From Phycisphaerae bacterium (GTDB lineage Bacteria; Planctomycetota; Phycisphaerae; UBA1845; Fen-1342), in contig JASFQK010000011.1 of the NCBI GenBank assembly GCA_050115495.1, positions 94,490 to 158,489 of the forward strand: 64,000 nt of DNA, in the 5' to 3' direction. Within the stretch, counting starts at the first letter, position 1; every line of letters begins with the position of its first letter. The position numbers and the translations under genes were made by a program. A model generated the notes under the pieces. It had not been told where the DNA came from. It saw only the letters and a list, made by a program, of their open reading frames with translations, and did not search any database. Of the stretch, positions 17,289 to 28,819 are shown piece after piece.

Positions 17289-18719
17289 TCAGAAGTACAG
17301 GTCGCGGTCGTCCGTTTCACGTATGCGGCGGAGCCGGTCGAGGAGCTGAGTCTTGAGCTTCTGGTCGGTCATCTGCTCGATCTCGGCGGTGATGAGCTTC
17401 TCGCCGGCGGCTCGCGTCTCCTCGCTGGCGTAATCGGTCAGGTATTCCATGAGCGTGCTGATGGCGTTCGGCGTGCAGAAGCGTTTGATGAAGCCGGGGA
17501 TGGCGAACTCCATGAAGTGCTCGCCGGTGCGGCCGAGGCGGTAGCACGCCGTGCAGAAGCTGGGCAGATAGCCGTCCTGGATCAGCTCGCGCATGACCAC
17601 GTCGAGCGGGCGAATGTCGCCGAGCTCGAACTGCTCCTTCTCGGTCATCTGCACCTGGGCGTCGCCGGCCTCGGTGTAGCCACCGAGCTCGATCCGGCTG
17701 CCGGCGTCGATCTGCGAAACGCCGAACGCCATGACCTCCCTGCGTAACTGTGGGTTCTCGCGGGCGGTGAGGATGAGGCCGGTGTAGGGCACGGCCAGCC
17801 GCAGGATGGCGATGAGGCGCTTGAAGTCGTGGTCATCGACCAGGTGGCTCTCGTCGAGGTGCACGCCCTGTGCCGGCCGCAGCCGCGGGAAACTGATGGT
17901 GTGCGGGCCGACGTGGTAGCGCTCCTGCAAGTACTGGGCGTGCCGGACGAGCCCGAGCACCTCGAACCGCCAGTCGTACAGGCCGAACAGCACGCCGACG
18001 CCGACGTCGTCGATGCCGGCTTCCTGGGCGCGGCTGAGGGCGTCGAGTCGGTAGAGGTAGTTGCCCTTGCGCGTGTTGGCCGGGTGGCAGTGGGCGTACG
18101 TCGCGTGGTGGTACGTTTCCTGGAACACCTGGTACGTGCCGATGCCTGCCTCTTTGACGCGGCGATAGCCCTCGACGTCGAGTGGGGCGGCGTTGATGTT
18201 CAGCCGGCGGATCTCGCCGCGGCCGATTTTCGTCTCGTAGATCAGCTTCACGCAGTCGTGGATGAAGTCGGCGTCGTAGCGCGGATGCTCGCCGAAGACG
18301 ACAATCAGCCGCTTGTGGCCCTTGTTCTCCAACGCTTCGACCTGCCGGCGGATCTCGTCCATGTTGAGCGTCCGGCGGACGGCATCGGGGTTCGACCGGC
18401 GGAAGGCGCAGTAGGCGCAGTCGTTGACGCAGTGGTTGCCGATGTAGAGCGGGGCGAAGAGGACGATCCGGTTGCCGTATACCCGCTTCTTCAGGTCGCG
18501 GGCGGCGGAGAAGATCTCCTCGACCAGCTCGGGATCGTCGGCGGTCAGCAGCACCGCGGTCTCTTCGATCGACAGCGCCTGCTTGTCGAGGCTCTTGGCG
18601 ATGATCTCGCGCACGTGGCCGGCGTCGGGCCGCGGCCCGGCCAGCAGACTCAATAGGTGGGGTTCGTCGATGAAATCGACAGCCCCTTCACTCAACGTCA
18701 TTGGTGCCATCGTACTCAT
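17289..18719 (-). CDS. hydG: [FeFe]-hydrogenase radical SAM maturase HydG
   Basis: FAPLYIGNHCVNDCAYC, FQETYH, GPHTISFPR, PSFCTACYR...FCTPNA, C-terminal RDLYF. Confidence 0.97.
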   Translation of the reverse strand: MSTMAPMTLSEGAVDFIDEPHLLSLLAGPRPDAGHVREIIAKSLDKQALSIEETAVLLTADDPELVEEIFSAARDLKKRVYGNRIVLFAPLYIGNHCVNDCAYCAFRRSNPDAVRRTLNMDEIRRQVEALENKGHKRLIVVFGEHPRYDADFIHDCVKLIYETKIGRGEIRRLNINAAPLDVEGYRRVKEAGIGTYQVFQETYHHATYAHCHPANTRKGNYLYRLDALSRAQEAGIDDVGVGVLFGLYDWRFEVLGLVRHAQYLQERYHVGPHTISFPRLRPAQGVHLDESHLVDDHDFKRLIAILRLAVPYTGLILTARENPQLRREVMAFGVSQIDAGSRIELGGYTEAGDAQVQMTEKEQFELGDIRPLDVVMRELIQDGYLPSFCTACYRLGRTGEHFMEFAIPGFIKRFCTPNAISTLMEYLTDYASEETRAAGEKLITAEIEQMTDQKLKTQLLDRLRRIRETDDRDLYF

Positions 18720-18720
18720 A

Positions 18721-19803
18721 TCAGCATCCCGCACCGCCCGGCGAAGGAGCACCGGTCGGCGATACATCACGCCGCCGGCGGTTCGGCGAGTCGCCGCGCC
18801 CTGTACCCACCGTGCGCTCCATGGATTCTATGCGCCCGCGCAGGCAAAGCTGGCAACACTCGGCGGTTTCGTTCAAGCATGCCTTATCGGGATAAATCTC
18901 GTACAGGCAGCGGTACTCCGGCGGTGTCGCGTTCGGCATCACCACGTTCGCCCCGCGGCTCAGCCCAAGCTCGCGGCCGGATTCCTTGTTCAACGTCGCC
19001 AGGGCCGTCGTGCTCGGGATGTTCGCGAACGGGCAGACCAGCCGGGCCAGGGCCAGGACCTTGTACGTCATCAGCTCGTCCGCCGGCACCTGGTCCGCCA
19101 CCGGCTCCGGCGGCGCCTGCGCGAGCGGCGTGTCCGGGTGGGCGATGTACGGACCGACGCCGATCATGTCCAGATCGAGCCGGCGGAACCATTCAATATC
19201 GTCAGCGAGGCTGTCAAACGTCTGACCGGGGATGCCGATCATCACGCCGCTGCCGACCTCGTAACCAAGGTCTCTCAGGACGTTGAGCAGGGCGAGCCGG
19301 TCAAAGGTCCGACCTGGCCGGGGCGGGTGGATTCGGTCATATAGTGTCCGATTCGACGTCTCGAAACGCAGCAGGTAGCGGTCCGCGCCGGCTTCGCGCC
19401 AGGTGGCGAGCGTCTGCTCGTTCTGCTCGCCGAGGCTGAGCGTCACGGCGACGGGCAATTCGTTCTTGATCCGTCGGACGAGATCGGCGACCCACTTCTC
19501 GGTGAGCTGCGGGTCCTCGCCGGCCTGGAGCACAACGGTGCCGTAGTCGAAGCTGGCGGCAGCGCGAGCCGCGGTGAGGACTTCGTCGATCGTCATGCGA
19601 TAACGAGCGAGGGACGTGTTCGGCGCCCGCAGACCGCAATAGGCGCAACTGCGCACGCAATGGTTGGAGATCTCGATCAGCCCGCGCAGGTAGACCGCCG
19701 GGCCGACGTGCCGGCGGCGGACGTCGTCCGCCCGCTGCCAAAGCGTCTCTAGCCGCTGGGGGTCAGTTTCGCGAAGCCAGTTCAGGACCTCGTCCCGTTG
19801 CAT
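18721..19803 (-). CDS. hydE: [FeFe]-hydrogenase radical SAM maturase HydE
   Basis: RGLIEISNHCVRSCAYC, GADRYLLRFET, GPYIAHPDTPL, GANVVMPN, YEIYPDK. Confidence 0.95.
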   Translation of the reverse strand: MQRDEVLNWLRETDPQRLETLWQRADDVRRRHVGPAVYLRGLIEISNHCVRSCAYCGLRAPNTSLARYRMTIDEVLTAARAAASFDYGTVVLQAGEDPQLTEKWVADLVRRIKNELPVAVTLSLGEQNEQTLATWREAGADRYLLRFETSNRTLYDRIHPPRPGRTFDRLALLNVLRDLGYEVGSGVMIGIPGQTFDSLADDIEWFRRLDLDMIGVGPYIAHPDTPLAQAPPEPVADQVPADELMTYKVLALARLVCPFANIPSTTALATLNKESGRELGLSRGANVVMPNATPPEYRCLYEIYPDKACLNETAECCQLCLRGRIESMERTVGTGRGDSPNRRRRDVSPTGAPSPGGAGC

Positions 19804-20944
19804 CGTTCATTCCCGGGGGGCTGTAGTCCCGCTGGAGGATCACGGTGAACGTGCTGCCTACCTCGGGCTCGCTCTGCACGTCCACGTCGCCGCCGTACAT
19901 GAGGGCCAGCTTCTTCACCAGCGACAGGCCCAGACCGCTGCCGGGGATGTTGCGTGTGCGGGCGTTGCTGATGCGCACGAAGTCGTGGAAGAGGCGGGCG
20001 GCTTCCTGAGGCGAGAGGCCGATGCCGGTGTCGCTCACTTCGATGGTGATGCGCTGCTCGTCGCCGGTGACGCGGATGTTCGCCTTGCCGCCTTTGCGGT
20101 TGTACTTGACGGCGTTGGTCAGGAGATTGTTGAAGATGATCTCGATTTCGCCGCGATCGGCCCGCAGGTTCAGGTCCGCCGGGCAATCGACGTGCAGCTC
20201 GATTTCCTGGTCGGCGGCGGCGGGGCGGACGGTCTCGATGGCCGACTCGGCCACCTCGTGCAGGCTGACCGTGGTGAGCGTGCGGCCCTTTTCGCCGGAC
20301 TCGATACGGGTCATGTCCAGCAGGTCGAAGATGAGCTTGCGCATGCCCTCGCCGCGAAGCAGGCAGCGCTCGACCACCTGGTCGTAGGCGCTGAGGTCGG
20401 TGCCGAGGGCGCGGTCGCGGATGATGTTGAGGTAGCCCTCGATGGCAGCCAGTGGGGCCTTCAACTCGTGGCCGAGAACGGAGATGAACTCGAAGCGGAC
20501 GCGGCGTTTCTCGGCGGCCAGCTTGCGGGCTTGTCGCTGCACCACGAGATGAGCGGCGGCCTTGCGGATAGTCTCGCGCAGCTCCTCGGGCGTGAACGGC
20601 TTGGCCAGGAAATCGAACGCGCCGGACTTCGTCGCGCGGATGGCGGTTTCCAGCGTGGCGAACGCCGTGATCATGATGGTGAGCACGTCTGTTTCGCGTT
20701 CGTGGAGGCGTTCGAGGACGTCGACGCCGGTGATGCCGCTCATCTTGTGGTCGAGCAGCATGATGTCCGGGGCGGCGGCGGCGATCTTCTGGAGCGCTTC
20801 CTCGCCGCTGCCGGCCGGCGTCACCTCGAAGCGGACCTCGCCCTCGACGTCGGGCAGGTGCACGTGGAAGGTTTGCAGGGCGCGGCCCACCGCGTGACGC
20901 ATGCCGGCTTCATCGTCCACGACCAGTACGTGCAGCGTGTCCAT
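19763..20944 (-). CDS. Hybrid response regulator-histidine kinase (REC-HisKA-HATPase)
   Basis: LVVDDE, LLDHKM, FLAKPF; GHELKAPL, NLLTNAVKYN, DTGIGL, GSGLGL; start trimmed to MDTLH. Confidence 0.9.
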   Translation of the reverse strand: MDTLHVLVVDDEAGMRHAVGRALQTFHVHLPDVEGEVRFEVTPAGSGEEALQKIAAAAPDIMLLDHKMSGITGVDVLERLHERETDVLTIMITAFATLETAIRATKSGAFDFLAKPFTPEELRETIRKAAAHLVVQRQARKLAAEKRRVRFEFISVLGHELKAPLAAIEGYLNIIRDRALGTDLSAYDQVVERCLLRGEGMRKLIFDLLDMTRIESGEKGRTLTTVSLHEVAESAIETVRPAAADQEIELHVDCPADLNLRADRGEIEIIFNNLLTNAVKYNRKGGKANIRVTGDEQRITIEVSDTGIGLSPQEAARLFHDFVRISNARTRNIPGSGLGLSLVKKLALMYGGDVDVQSEPEVGSTFTVILQRDYSPPGMNDATGRGPELASRN

Positions 20945-20946
20945 CC

Positions 20947-21336
20947 TCATTCGTCCTTGAGCAGACGCTGGATCTCGCGCTGGAGCTGCTCGAAGCGCAC
21001 CGGTTTGGCCAGCAGCCCATCCGCCTTGATCCAGGCCCGTTCCTCGTCCGTCTCGGCGTCGAAGCTCAAACCCGTTGCCGTGGCCACCGCGGTGACCATG
21101 ATGACCGGCAGGTCTGGGTGATCCCGCTTGATCTGGTAGCACAGCGTGAAGCCGGCGTCGGGCTGCTCGAGCATCAGGTCCACCACCACGATGTCGGGCT
21201 TCCGGCGGCCCAGGAGCTCGCGGGCGGCCGTGGCCGTCTCGGCGAGCAGCACCTTGTAGTCGGCGGCCTCAAGCTGGATGCGCATCTGCGTTTGAAAATC
21301 CACGTCGTCGTCGACAACCAGTACCGTATGTGCCAT
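20947..21336 (-). CDS. Single-domain response regulator
   Basis: LVVDDD, VVDLML, MVTAV, LAKP. Confidence 0.9.
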   Translation of the reverse strand: MAHTVLVVDDDVDFQTQMRIQLEAADYKVLLAETATAARELLGRRKPDIVVVDLMLEQPDAGFTLCYQIKRDHPDLPVIMVTAVATATGLSFDAETDEERAWIKADGLLAKPVRFEQLQREIQRLLKDE

Positions 21337-21401
21337 GCGTTGCTCTCACTGACCTTGGGCAGCAGGCCGTGCCGCTGCACCGGGATGACTCTGCAAGTAC
21401 T

Positions 21402-23435
<2,034 letters not shown>

Positions 23436-23524
23436 GTCGTTTCTCTCAGCGTCTCCGGGGGCCCGTGGGCCTGGCCGGCGTCGGCTCAACCTCGATCCGC
23501 CGGCTGTTCCGGGAATCCATCATG

Positions 23525-25246
23525 TTAACGCACCACCTCGCGGGCGTGGTAATGCGTGTGCAGCAATTCGTGGCTCTTCTCGCCGAGCGGCTCGCCGAGA
23601 TACTCGGCGTACAGCCGCTGCACCGACGCGTTCTGGTGGGCGGTGCGCAGCGGAGCGTCACGGTCGATTTTGTACAGGGCGTCCATGCGGGCTCGCAGCG
23701 CGGCCTGATCGGCACCCACCGGCTGACCGCCGCCGGCGATGCAGCCGCCCGGACAGGTCATCACCTCGACGAAGTGCAGGTTGTGCTCGTCGTCGCGAAT
23801 CTGTTCGAGCAGCCGCCCGGCGTTGGCCAGACCGCTGACGACGGCCACGTTCAGCTTGACGTCGCCGACCTTCACGGTGGCCTGCTTCACGCCGTTGAGT
23901 CCGCGCAGAGCCTTGAGCTTCAACACGGGCAGCTCGTCCCCGGTAAGCAGATGGTAGGCCGTGCGTACGGCGGCCTCCATCACGCCGCCGGTGGCGCCGA
24001 AGAGCTTGCCGGCGGAACTGCGTTCGCCGAAGGGATTATCGGCCGTCTCGGGCTTGAGTTGCCGCAGATCGAGGCTGCGCTGCCGGATGATGCGGGCCAG
24101 TTCGCGCGTGGTCAGGACGGCGTCGACATCGGCCAGACCGTGCCGCGTCAGCTCCGTGCGGCCGGCTTCGAACTTCTTCGCCGTACAGGGCATCACCGCG
24201 ACGCTGTAGATCTTCGCGGGGTCGAGGCCCTGCTGCTCGGCGTAGAACGTCTTGACCAGGGCACCGAGCATCTGCTGCGGGCTCTTGCAGGTGGAGAGGT
24301 TGCCCACGAAGTCGGGGGCGAATTCCTCGACGTACTTGATCCAGCCGGGCGAGCAGCTCGTCAGCAGTGGCAGACGGCCGCCGGTCTTGATGCGGTAGAT
24401 CAGCTCGGACGCCTCTTCCATCACGGTCAGGTCGGCGGCGAACGAGGTCTCAAAGACGCGCTCGAAGCCGAGCCGTCGCAGGGCCGCCGTCAGCCGCCCG
24501 CAGATGTCCGTGCCGGGCTTGAGGCCGAATTCCTCGGCGAGACTGACGGAGACGGCGGGGGCGTGCTGAATCACGACGTGCTGATCGGGATGGTTGAGAG
24601 CTTCGAGCACTTCCTTGATGTGGCTCTGCTCGGTGAGGGCCCCGGTCGGGCAGGCCATGATGCACTGGCCGCAGTTGATGCAGCTCGAGACGTTCAGGCC
24701 CTGATCGAAGGCGGTGCCGACGTAGGTCTGGCTGCCGCGCTTGAGGAAGTCGATGGCGGCCACGCCCTGGATTTCCTCGCAGACGCGGACGCACTTGCCG
24801 CAGAGGATGCACTTCGACGGGTCGCGCACGATCGAGGCGCTGGACAGGTCGGCGTGCCGTTCGGGCTTGTTGCCGAAGTAGCGGCGCTGCCGGACGCCGA
24901 GCTCGGCGGCCAGTGACTGGAGCGTGCAGTTGTTGTTGCGGATGCAGTAGAGGCAGTCGTCGGGGTGGTTGGCCAGCAGCAGCTCGACGATCGTCTTGCG
25001 GGCCCGTACGGCGCGCGGCGAGTGCGTCTGCACCTTCATGCCGGGGGCCACGGGGAACGCGCAGCTCGGCACGAGGTTGCGCTGCCCTTCGATCTCGACG
25101 ACGCACAGCCGGCAGGCACCGGTGGGGGTGAGGTTTTCCAGGTTGCACAGGGTGGGAACGTTGATGCCCGCCCGCCGCATGGCCGTCAGCAGCATCTCGC
25201 CGGGCCGGGCCTGGATCGGACGGTTGTTGACTTCGATGGTGATCAC
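23525..25246 (-). CDS. hydA: [FeFe]-hydrogenase catalytic subunit HydA, copy 2
   Basis: LTSCSPGW, MPCTAKKFE, EVMTCPGGCIAGGGQP, SHELLHT; same N-terminal Fe-S domains as copy 1. Confidence 0.95.
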   Translation of the reverse strand: MITIEVNNRPIQARPGEMLLTAMRRAGINVPTLCNLENLTPTGACRLCVVEIEGQRNLVPSCAFPVAPGMKVQTHSPRAVRARKTIVELLLANHPDDCLYCIRNNNCTLQSLAAELGVRQRRYFGNKPERHADLSSASIVRDPSKCILCGKCVRVCEEIQGVAAIDFLKRGSQTYVGTAFDQGLNVSSCINCGQCIMACPTGALTEQSHIKEVLEALNHPDQHVVIQHAPAVSVSLAEEFGLKPGTDICGRLTAALRRLGFERVFETSFAADLTVMEEASELIYRIKTGGRLPLLTSCSPGWIKYVEEFAPDFVGNLSTCKSPQQMLGALVKTFYAEQQGLDPAKIYSVAVMPCTAKKFEAGRTELTRHGLADVDAVLTTRELARIIRQRSLDLRQLKPETADNPFGERSSAGKLFGATGGVMEAAVRTAYHLLTGDELPVLKLKALRGLNGVKQATVKVGDVKLNVAVVSGLANAGRLLEQIRDDEHNLHFVEVMTCPGGCIAGGGQPVGADQAALRARMDALYKIDRDAPLRTAHQNASVQRLYAEYLGEPLGEKSHELLHTHYHAREVVR

Positions 25247-25262
25247 TTCTGGCTCCGATCAG

Positions 25263-27299
25263 TTATTCGGCGATGACGGCGCCCAGGCGGCAGGCCTGCA
25301 CGCAGGAGCCGCACCCGAGGCATTTCTCTTCGACGATGTAATGCGGGCTCTTGGGGGCGCCCATGATCGCTTCCGCAGGGCAGGCCTTGGCGCAGACGGT
25401 GCACCCGCGGCACTTGTCCGGGTCGATGCGGTAATGCAGGAGTTCGGTGCAGACGCCCGCCGGGCACTTACGCTCGAAGATGTGCGCTTCGTACTCGTCA
25501 CGGAACCAGCGCAGCGTGCTGAGCACGGGGTTCGGGGCCGACTGGCCGAGACCGCAGAGGCTGGTGTCCTTGATGACCTCCGCCAGACGCGTCAGGTACA
25601 TCACGCCCTTGAATCGCTCCAGGGCGTGATAGCCGGTCTCGCTCCGGCGGGACCGGGTGATGGCCTGGAGGATCTCGAGCATGTGCCGCGTGCCTTCGCG
25701 GCAGGGGATGCACTTGCCGCAGCTCTCGCGCTGGATGAAGTCCATGAAGAACTTGGCCACGTCGACCATGCAGTTGTCTTCATCCATGACGACCAGGCCG
25801 CCGGAGCCCATCATGGCCCCGACGGTCTTCAGCGACTCGTAGTCGATCTCGATGTCGAGGTGCGAGGTGGGGATGCAGCCGCCGGAGGGGCCGCCGATCT
25901 GCGCCGCCTTGAAGGCCTTGCCGTCAGCCGGGCCGCCGCCGATGTCGAGGACGATCTGGCGAACCGACGTCCCCATGGCGACTTCGACTAGGCCGGTGCG
26001 CTGGACCTTGCCGGACAGGGCGAAGACCTTCGTGCCCTTGCTGCTGGCGGTGCCGACGGCGGCGAAGGCCTCGGCGCCCATGCCGACCAGGGCCGGCAGG
26101 TTGGCCAGCGTCTCGACGTTGTTGATGACGGTCGGCTTGGCGAACAGGCCGCTGACGGCGGGGAAAGGGGGCCGTGGCCGGGGCATGCCCCGCCGGCCCT
26201 CGATGCTGTTGATCAGGGCGGTCTCTTCACCGCAGACGAACGCACCGGCACCCTGCTTGATGATGATGCGCAGGTTCGAGCCGCTGCCGAGGACGTTCTC
26301 GCCGAGCAGGCCGTAGTGCTCGGCCTGTTCGATGGCCCGTTCGAGCATGGCGATGGCGAGCGGATACTCGGCGCGGATGTAGACGTAAGCCTTGGTGGCG
26401 CCGATGGCGTAGGCGGCGATGCCGATGCCCTCGACGAGGCGATGCGGGTCACCCTCGATCACGGCGCGGTCCATGAATGCGCCGGGGTCGCCCTCGTCGG
26501 CGTTGCAGATCAGGTACTTCTGATAGCCAGGCGTGTTCAGGGCGATGCGCCACTTGCGGCCGGTCGGGAAACCGCCGCCGCCGCGACCACGCAGGCCGCT
26601 GGTCTCGACGATGTCGCACAGCTCGGTGCGGGTCATCTTGCGCAGGACGCGGGCGAAGGCCTGGTAGCCGCCGCGGGCGAGGTATTCGTCGATGCTGCGC
26701 GGGTCGATCAGGCCACAGTTGCGCAGGACCCAGCGGGTCTGCGGGCGGAAGAAGGGGTGCTCGTCGAGGTAGGGCACGTCGGCCCAGGGCTGGAGCACGT
26801 CGGTGCCCGCCTTGGCGTCGTCCACCGGCGGGGTGGGGTGGAACTGACCGATGACGCCTTCGGCCGGGACCTTGCCCGCCAGGAGGGCGTCGAGCACGTC
26901 GGGGACGCGGTCGGCCGTGACGCGCTCGCATGAGACGCGCGTGCGGCCGGGCAACTGCACGTCGAGCAGCGGTTCCGCCGAACACAGGCCGATGCAGCCG
27001 ACCTCAACGACGTCGGCCTGGACCTTCCGCTGCTTGAGATAGTCGCCGACGGCCTCGAGCGTTCGGCCGGCGCCGGCACCGAGGCCGCACGTTCCGGCCC
27101 CGATGAAGATTGCGGGCCGGCTGAGCACGTCGCGGCGCAGGCGGGTCATCTGCGTCCGCCAGGCCTTCCCCTCAGGACCGTGGCCATTCACGCGATGGCC
27201 GTTGTCCTGACACAATACATCGATCACCTGGTGTGGCCGCAGACCGCAGACGGCCGCGGCACCCTCGCTCGTTTCCAGAGCGCTTTCACTCGCTGGCAT
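25263..27299 (-). CDS. hydB: HydB/NuoF-like subunit with N-terminal Trx-like 2Fe-2S domain and C-terminal 2x[4Fe-4S] domain
   Basis: GTCGLGAGA/GCIGLC, GLRGRGGGGF, NADEGDPGAFMDR, GGPSGGC, ESCGKCIPCR, CPAGVC, CRGCTVCAKAC, CLGCGSCVQAC; start uncertain. Confidence 0.92.
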   Translation of the reverse strand: MPASESALETSEGAAAVCGLRPHQVIDVLCQDNGHRVNGHGPEGKAWRTQMTRLRRDVLSRPAIFIGAGTCGLGAGAGRTLEAVGDYLKQRKVQADVVEVGCIGLCSAEPLLDVQLPGRTRVSCERVTADRVPDVLDALLAGKVPAEGVIGQFHPTPPVDDAKAGTDVLQPWADVPYLDEHPFFRPQTRWVLRNCGLIDPRSIDEYLARGGYQAFARVLRKMTRTELCDIVETSGLRGRGGGGFPTGRKWRIALNTPGYQKYLICNADEGDPGAFMDRAVIEGDPHRLVEGIGIAAYAIGATKAYVYIRAEYPLAIAMLERAIEQAEHYGLLGENVLGSGSNLRIIIKQGAGAFVCGEETALINSIEGRRGMPRPRPPFPAVSGLFAKPTVINNVETLANLPALVGMGAEAFAAVGTASSKGTKVFALSGKVQRTGLVEVAMGTSVRQIVLDIGGGPADGKAFKAAQIGGPSGGCIPTSHLDIEIDYESLKTVGAMMGSGGLVVMDEDNCMVDVAKFFMDFIQRESCGKCIPCREGTRHMLEILQAITRSRRSETGYHALERFKGVMYLTRLAEVIKDTSLCGLGQSAPNPVLSTLRWFRDEYEAHIFERKCPAGVCTELLHYRIDPDKCRGCTVCAKACPAEAIMGAPKSPHYIVEEKCLGCGSCVQACRLGAVIAE

Positions 27300-27819
27300 G
27301 TTGTCCCTGCACTTCCTTGGACGGCTCGGCGGCAACTTTGCTTCGTGCCGCAGTGGCGGCCGGCTTGCCGTATTGCTTCAGAATGCGCTGCACGCTGTCC
27401 GGGGTGACCGCGGCATGGAAGTCGCCGTTGACCGTGATGACCGGCGACAGGCCGCAGGCTCCGATGCAGGCTACGACTTCGAGGCTGTACTTGCCGTCGC
27501 GCGTCGTCTGGCCCGGCTCGATCTTTAGGAGCTGCTGCGTCGCCTGGAGCACGGCGGCTGAGCCCTTCACGTGGCAGGCGGTGCCGCGGCAGACCTGGCA
27601 GTGCACCTGGCCGCGCGGCTGGAACCGGAACTGGTTGTAGAACGTGGCCACGCCGTAGACCTTGCTCACCGGCAGGTGCAGGCGCTGGCCGATCTGCTCC
27701 ATGGCCTCGCGCGACAGGTAGCCCTCGCGGTCCTGGACCGCCTGCAAGACGGGGATCAGGTGCTCGCGTCGCGCGTCGGGATACTGACTGAGGACGCTCT
27801 CGACTTCGGTGGATTTCAT
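27286..27819 (-). CDS. hydC: NuoE-like HydC subunit, copy 2
   Basis: LIPVLQ, VYGVATFYNQF, VCRGTACHVKG, ACIGACGLSP. Confidence 0.92.
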   Translation of the reverse strand: MKSTEVESVLSQYPDARREHLIPVLQAVQDREGYLSREAMEQIGQRLHLPVSKVYGVATFYNQFRFQPRGQVHCQVCRGTACHVKGSAAVLQATQQLLKIEPGQTTRDGKYSLEVVACIGACGLSPVITVNGDFHAAVTPDSVQRILKQYGKPAATAARSKVAAEPSKEVQGQHASE

Positions 27820-28454
27820 TCGCGGGACTCCGCAGGCTTCGCCGTCGGTCGCGTGAAGAACACCAGCTTTTCAAGCGAGGCGGCGATATCGACGTCTTCG
27901 ACGAACACGTCCGGCGGCACGTGCAGCCGGACGGGAGTGAAGTTCAACAGGCCGCGCACCCCGGCCCGGACGAGGCGGTCAGCCGTGTCCTGGGCGGCGT
28001 CGATGGGCACGGCCACGACGGCAACGGACACGGGGCCGGCGCGGAGGATGTCCTCCATTTCGCTGGCCGAGTAGCAGCGGCAACCGTCGATGATCCGCCC
28101 GACTTTCTCGGGCGCGACGTCGAAGGCGGCCACAACCGGCAGCTCGGGGTGAACGCGGCTGAGGTACTTGAGAATGGCTCGGCCGAGGTAGCCGAGGCCG
28201 ACGAGGACGATGGCTTCGTTGTCCGCCGGATCGAGCAGCTCGTCGATGCGGGCGATCAGGCCGGCGACGTCGTAGCCGCGGGCGGGACTGCCGGTGAAGC
28301 CGATGGTCATGAGGTCGCGGCGGACCAGTACCGGCGTAACGTTGTGAAGACTGGCCAGCTCATGGGAGTAGATGCGGGCCCGGCCCTGGTCGAGCCATCG
28401 GCGCAGGTGTCGACGGTAGGCACAGAGACGTTCGACAATTCGGACAGGAATCAT
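27816..28454 (-). CDS. rex: Redox-sensing transcriptional repressor Rex
   Basis: IVERLCAYRR, SHELA, VRRDL..IGFTG...GY, VGLGYLGRA, AAFD...KVG, GLLNFTPVRL. Confidence 0.92.
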   Translation of the reverse strand: MIPVRIVERLCAYRRHLRRWLDQGRARIYSHELASLHNVTPVLVRRDLMTIGFTGSPARGYDVAGLIARIDELLDPADNEAIVLVGLGYLGRAILKYLSRVHPELPVVAAFDVAPEKVGRIIDGCRCYSASEMEDILRAGPVSVAVVAVPIDAAQDTADRLVRAGVRGLLNFTPVRLHVPPDVFVEDVDIAASLEKLVFFTRPTAKPAESRE

Positions 28455-28578
28455 GGGAGACCTCCGGGGTTGGGGGAGGGCGGACCAGCGGTCGCGGCGG
28501 AAGACGCCGCGACCGGGGTCCGGGAGGGAAGGAGGCTTGTGTGTGGTCGATGAAGAGCCATTCGTGACTCGATTAGCA

Positions 28579-28623
28579 TCGTTACATTAATCACAATATG
28601 GCATAATAGAACGGTATCGTCAA
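28579..28623 (-). promoter_or_regulatory. Sigma70-type promoter of the rex-hydCBA operon with overlapping Rex operator
   Basis: Minus strand TTGACG-17 nt-CATATT (TG extended -10), running directly into TTGTGA-TTAATG-TAACGA (28579-28596). Confidence 0.7.
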
Positions 28624-28679
28624 GAGGGCGCGCCAAGATTTAACGATATCGTTTGCCGTTTGCTGTGCGGCGTGGAACG

Positions 28680-28697
28680 CTGTCACATATCGCACAG
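28680..28697. promoter_or_regulatory. Second weaker Rex/CRP-like site
   Basis: ctgtca-catatc-gcacag; same 18-bp geometry as the first site. Confidence 0.4.
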
Positions 28698-28819
28698 GCC
28701 GAGCCGGTCAGTGTTTCCGGCGAGAAATCGGTGATTATCGTGATTTGAGCTAGATATTATCGGTCAAGGTCGCGGTCGACGGTCGCTGCGCAAACTGGCG
28801 CACGCGCGTCTGGATACCC

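Noticed and set aside
25263..27819. Respiratory complex I nuoE/nuoF
   Set aside because: Adjacent to hydA with no membrane nuo genes, so these are hydrogenase subunits.
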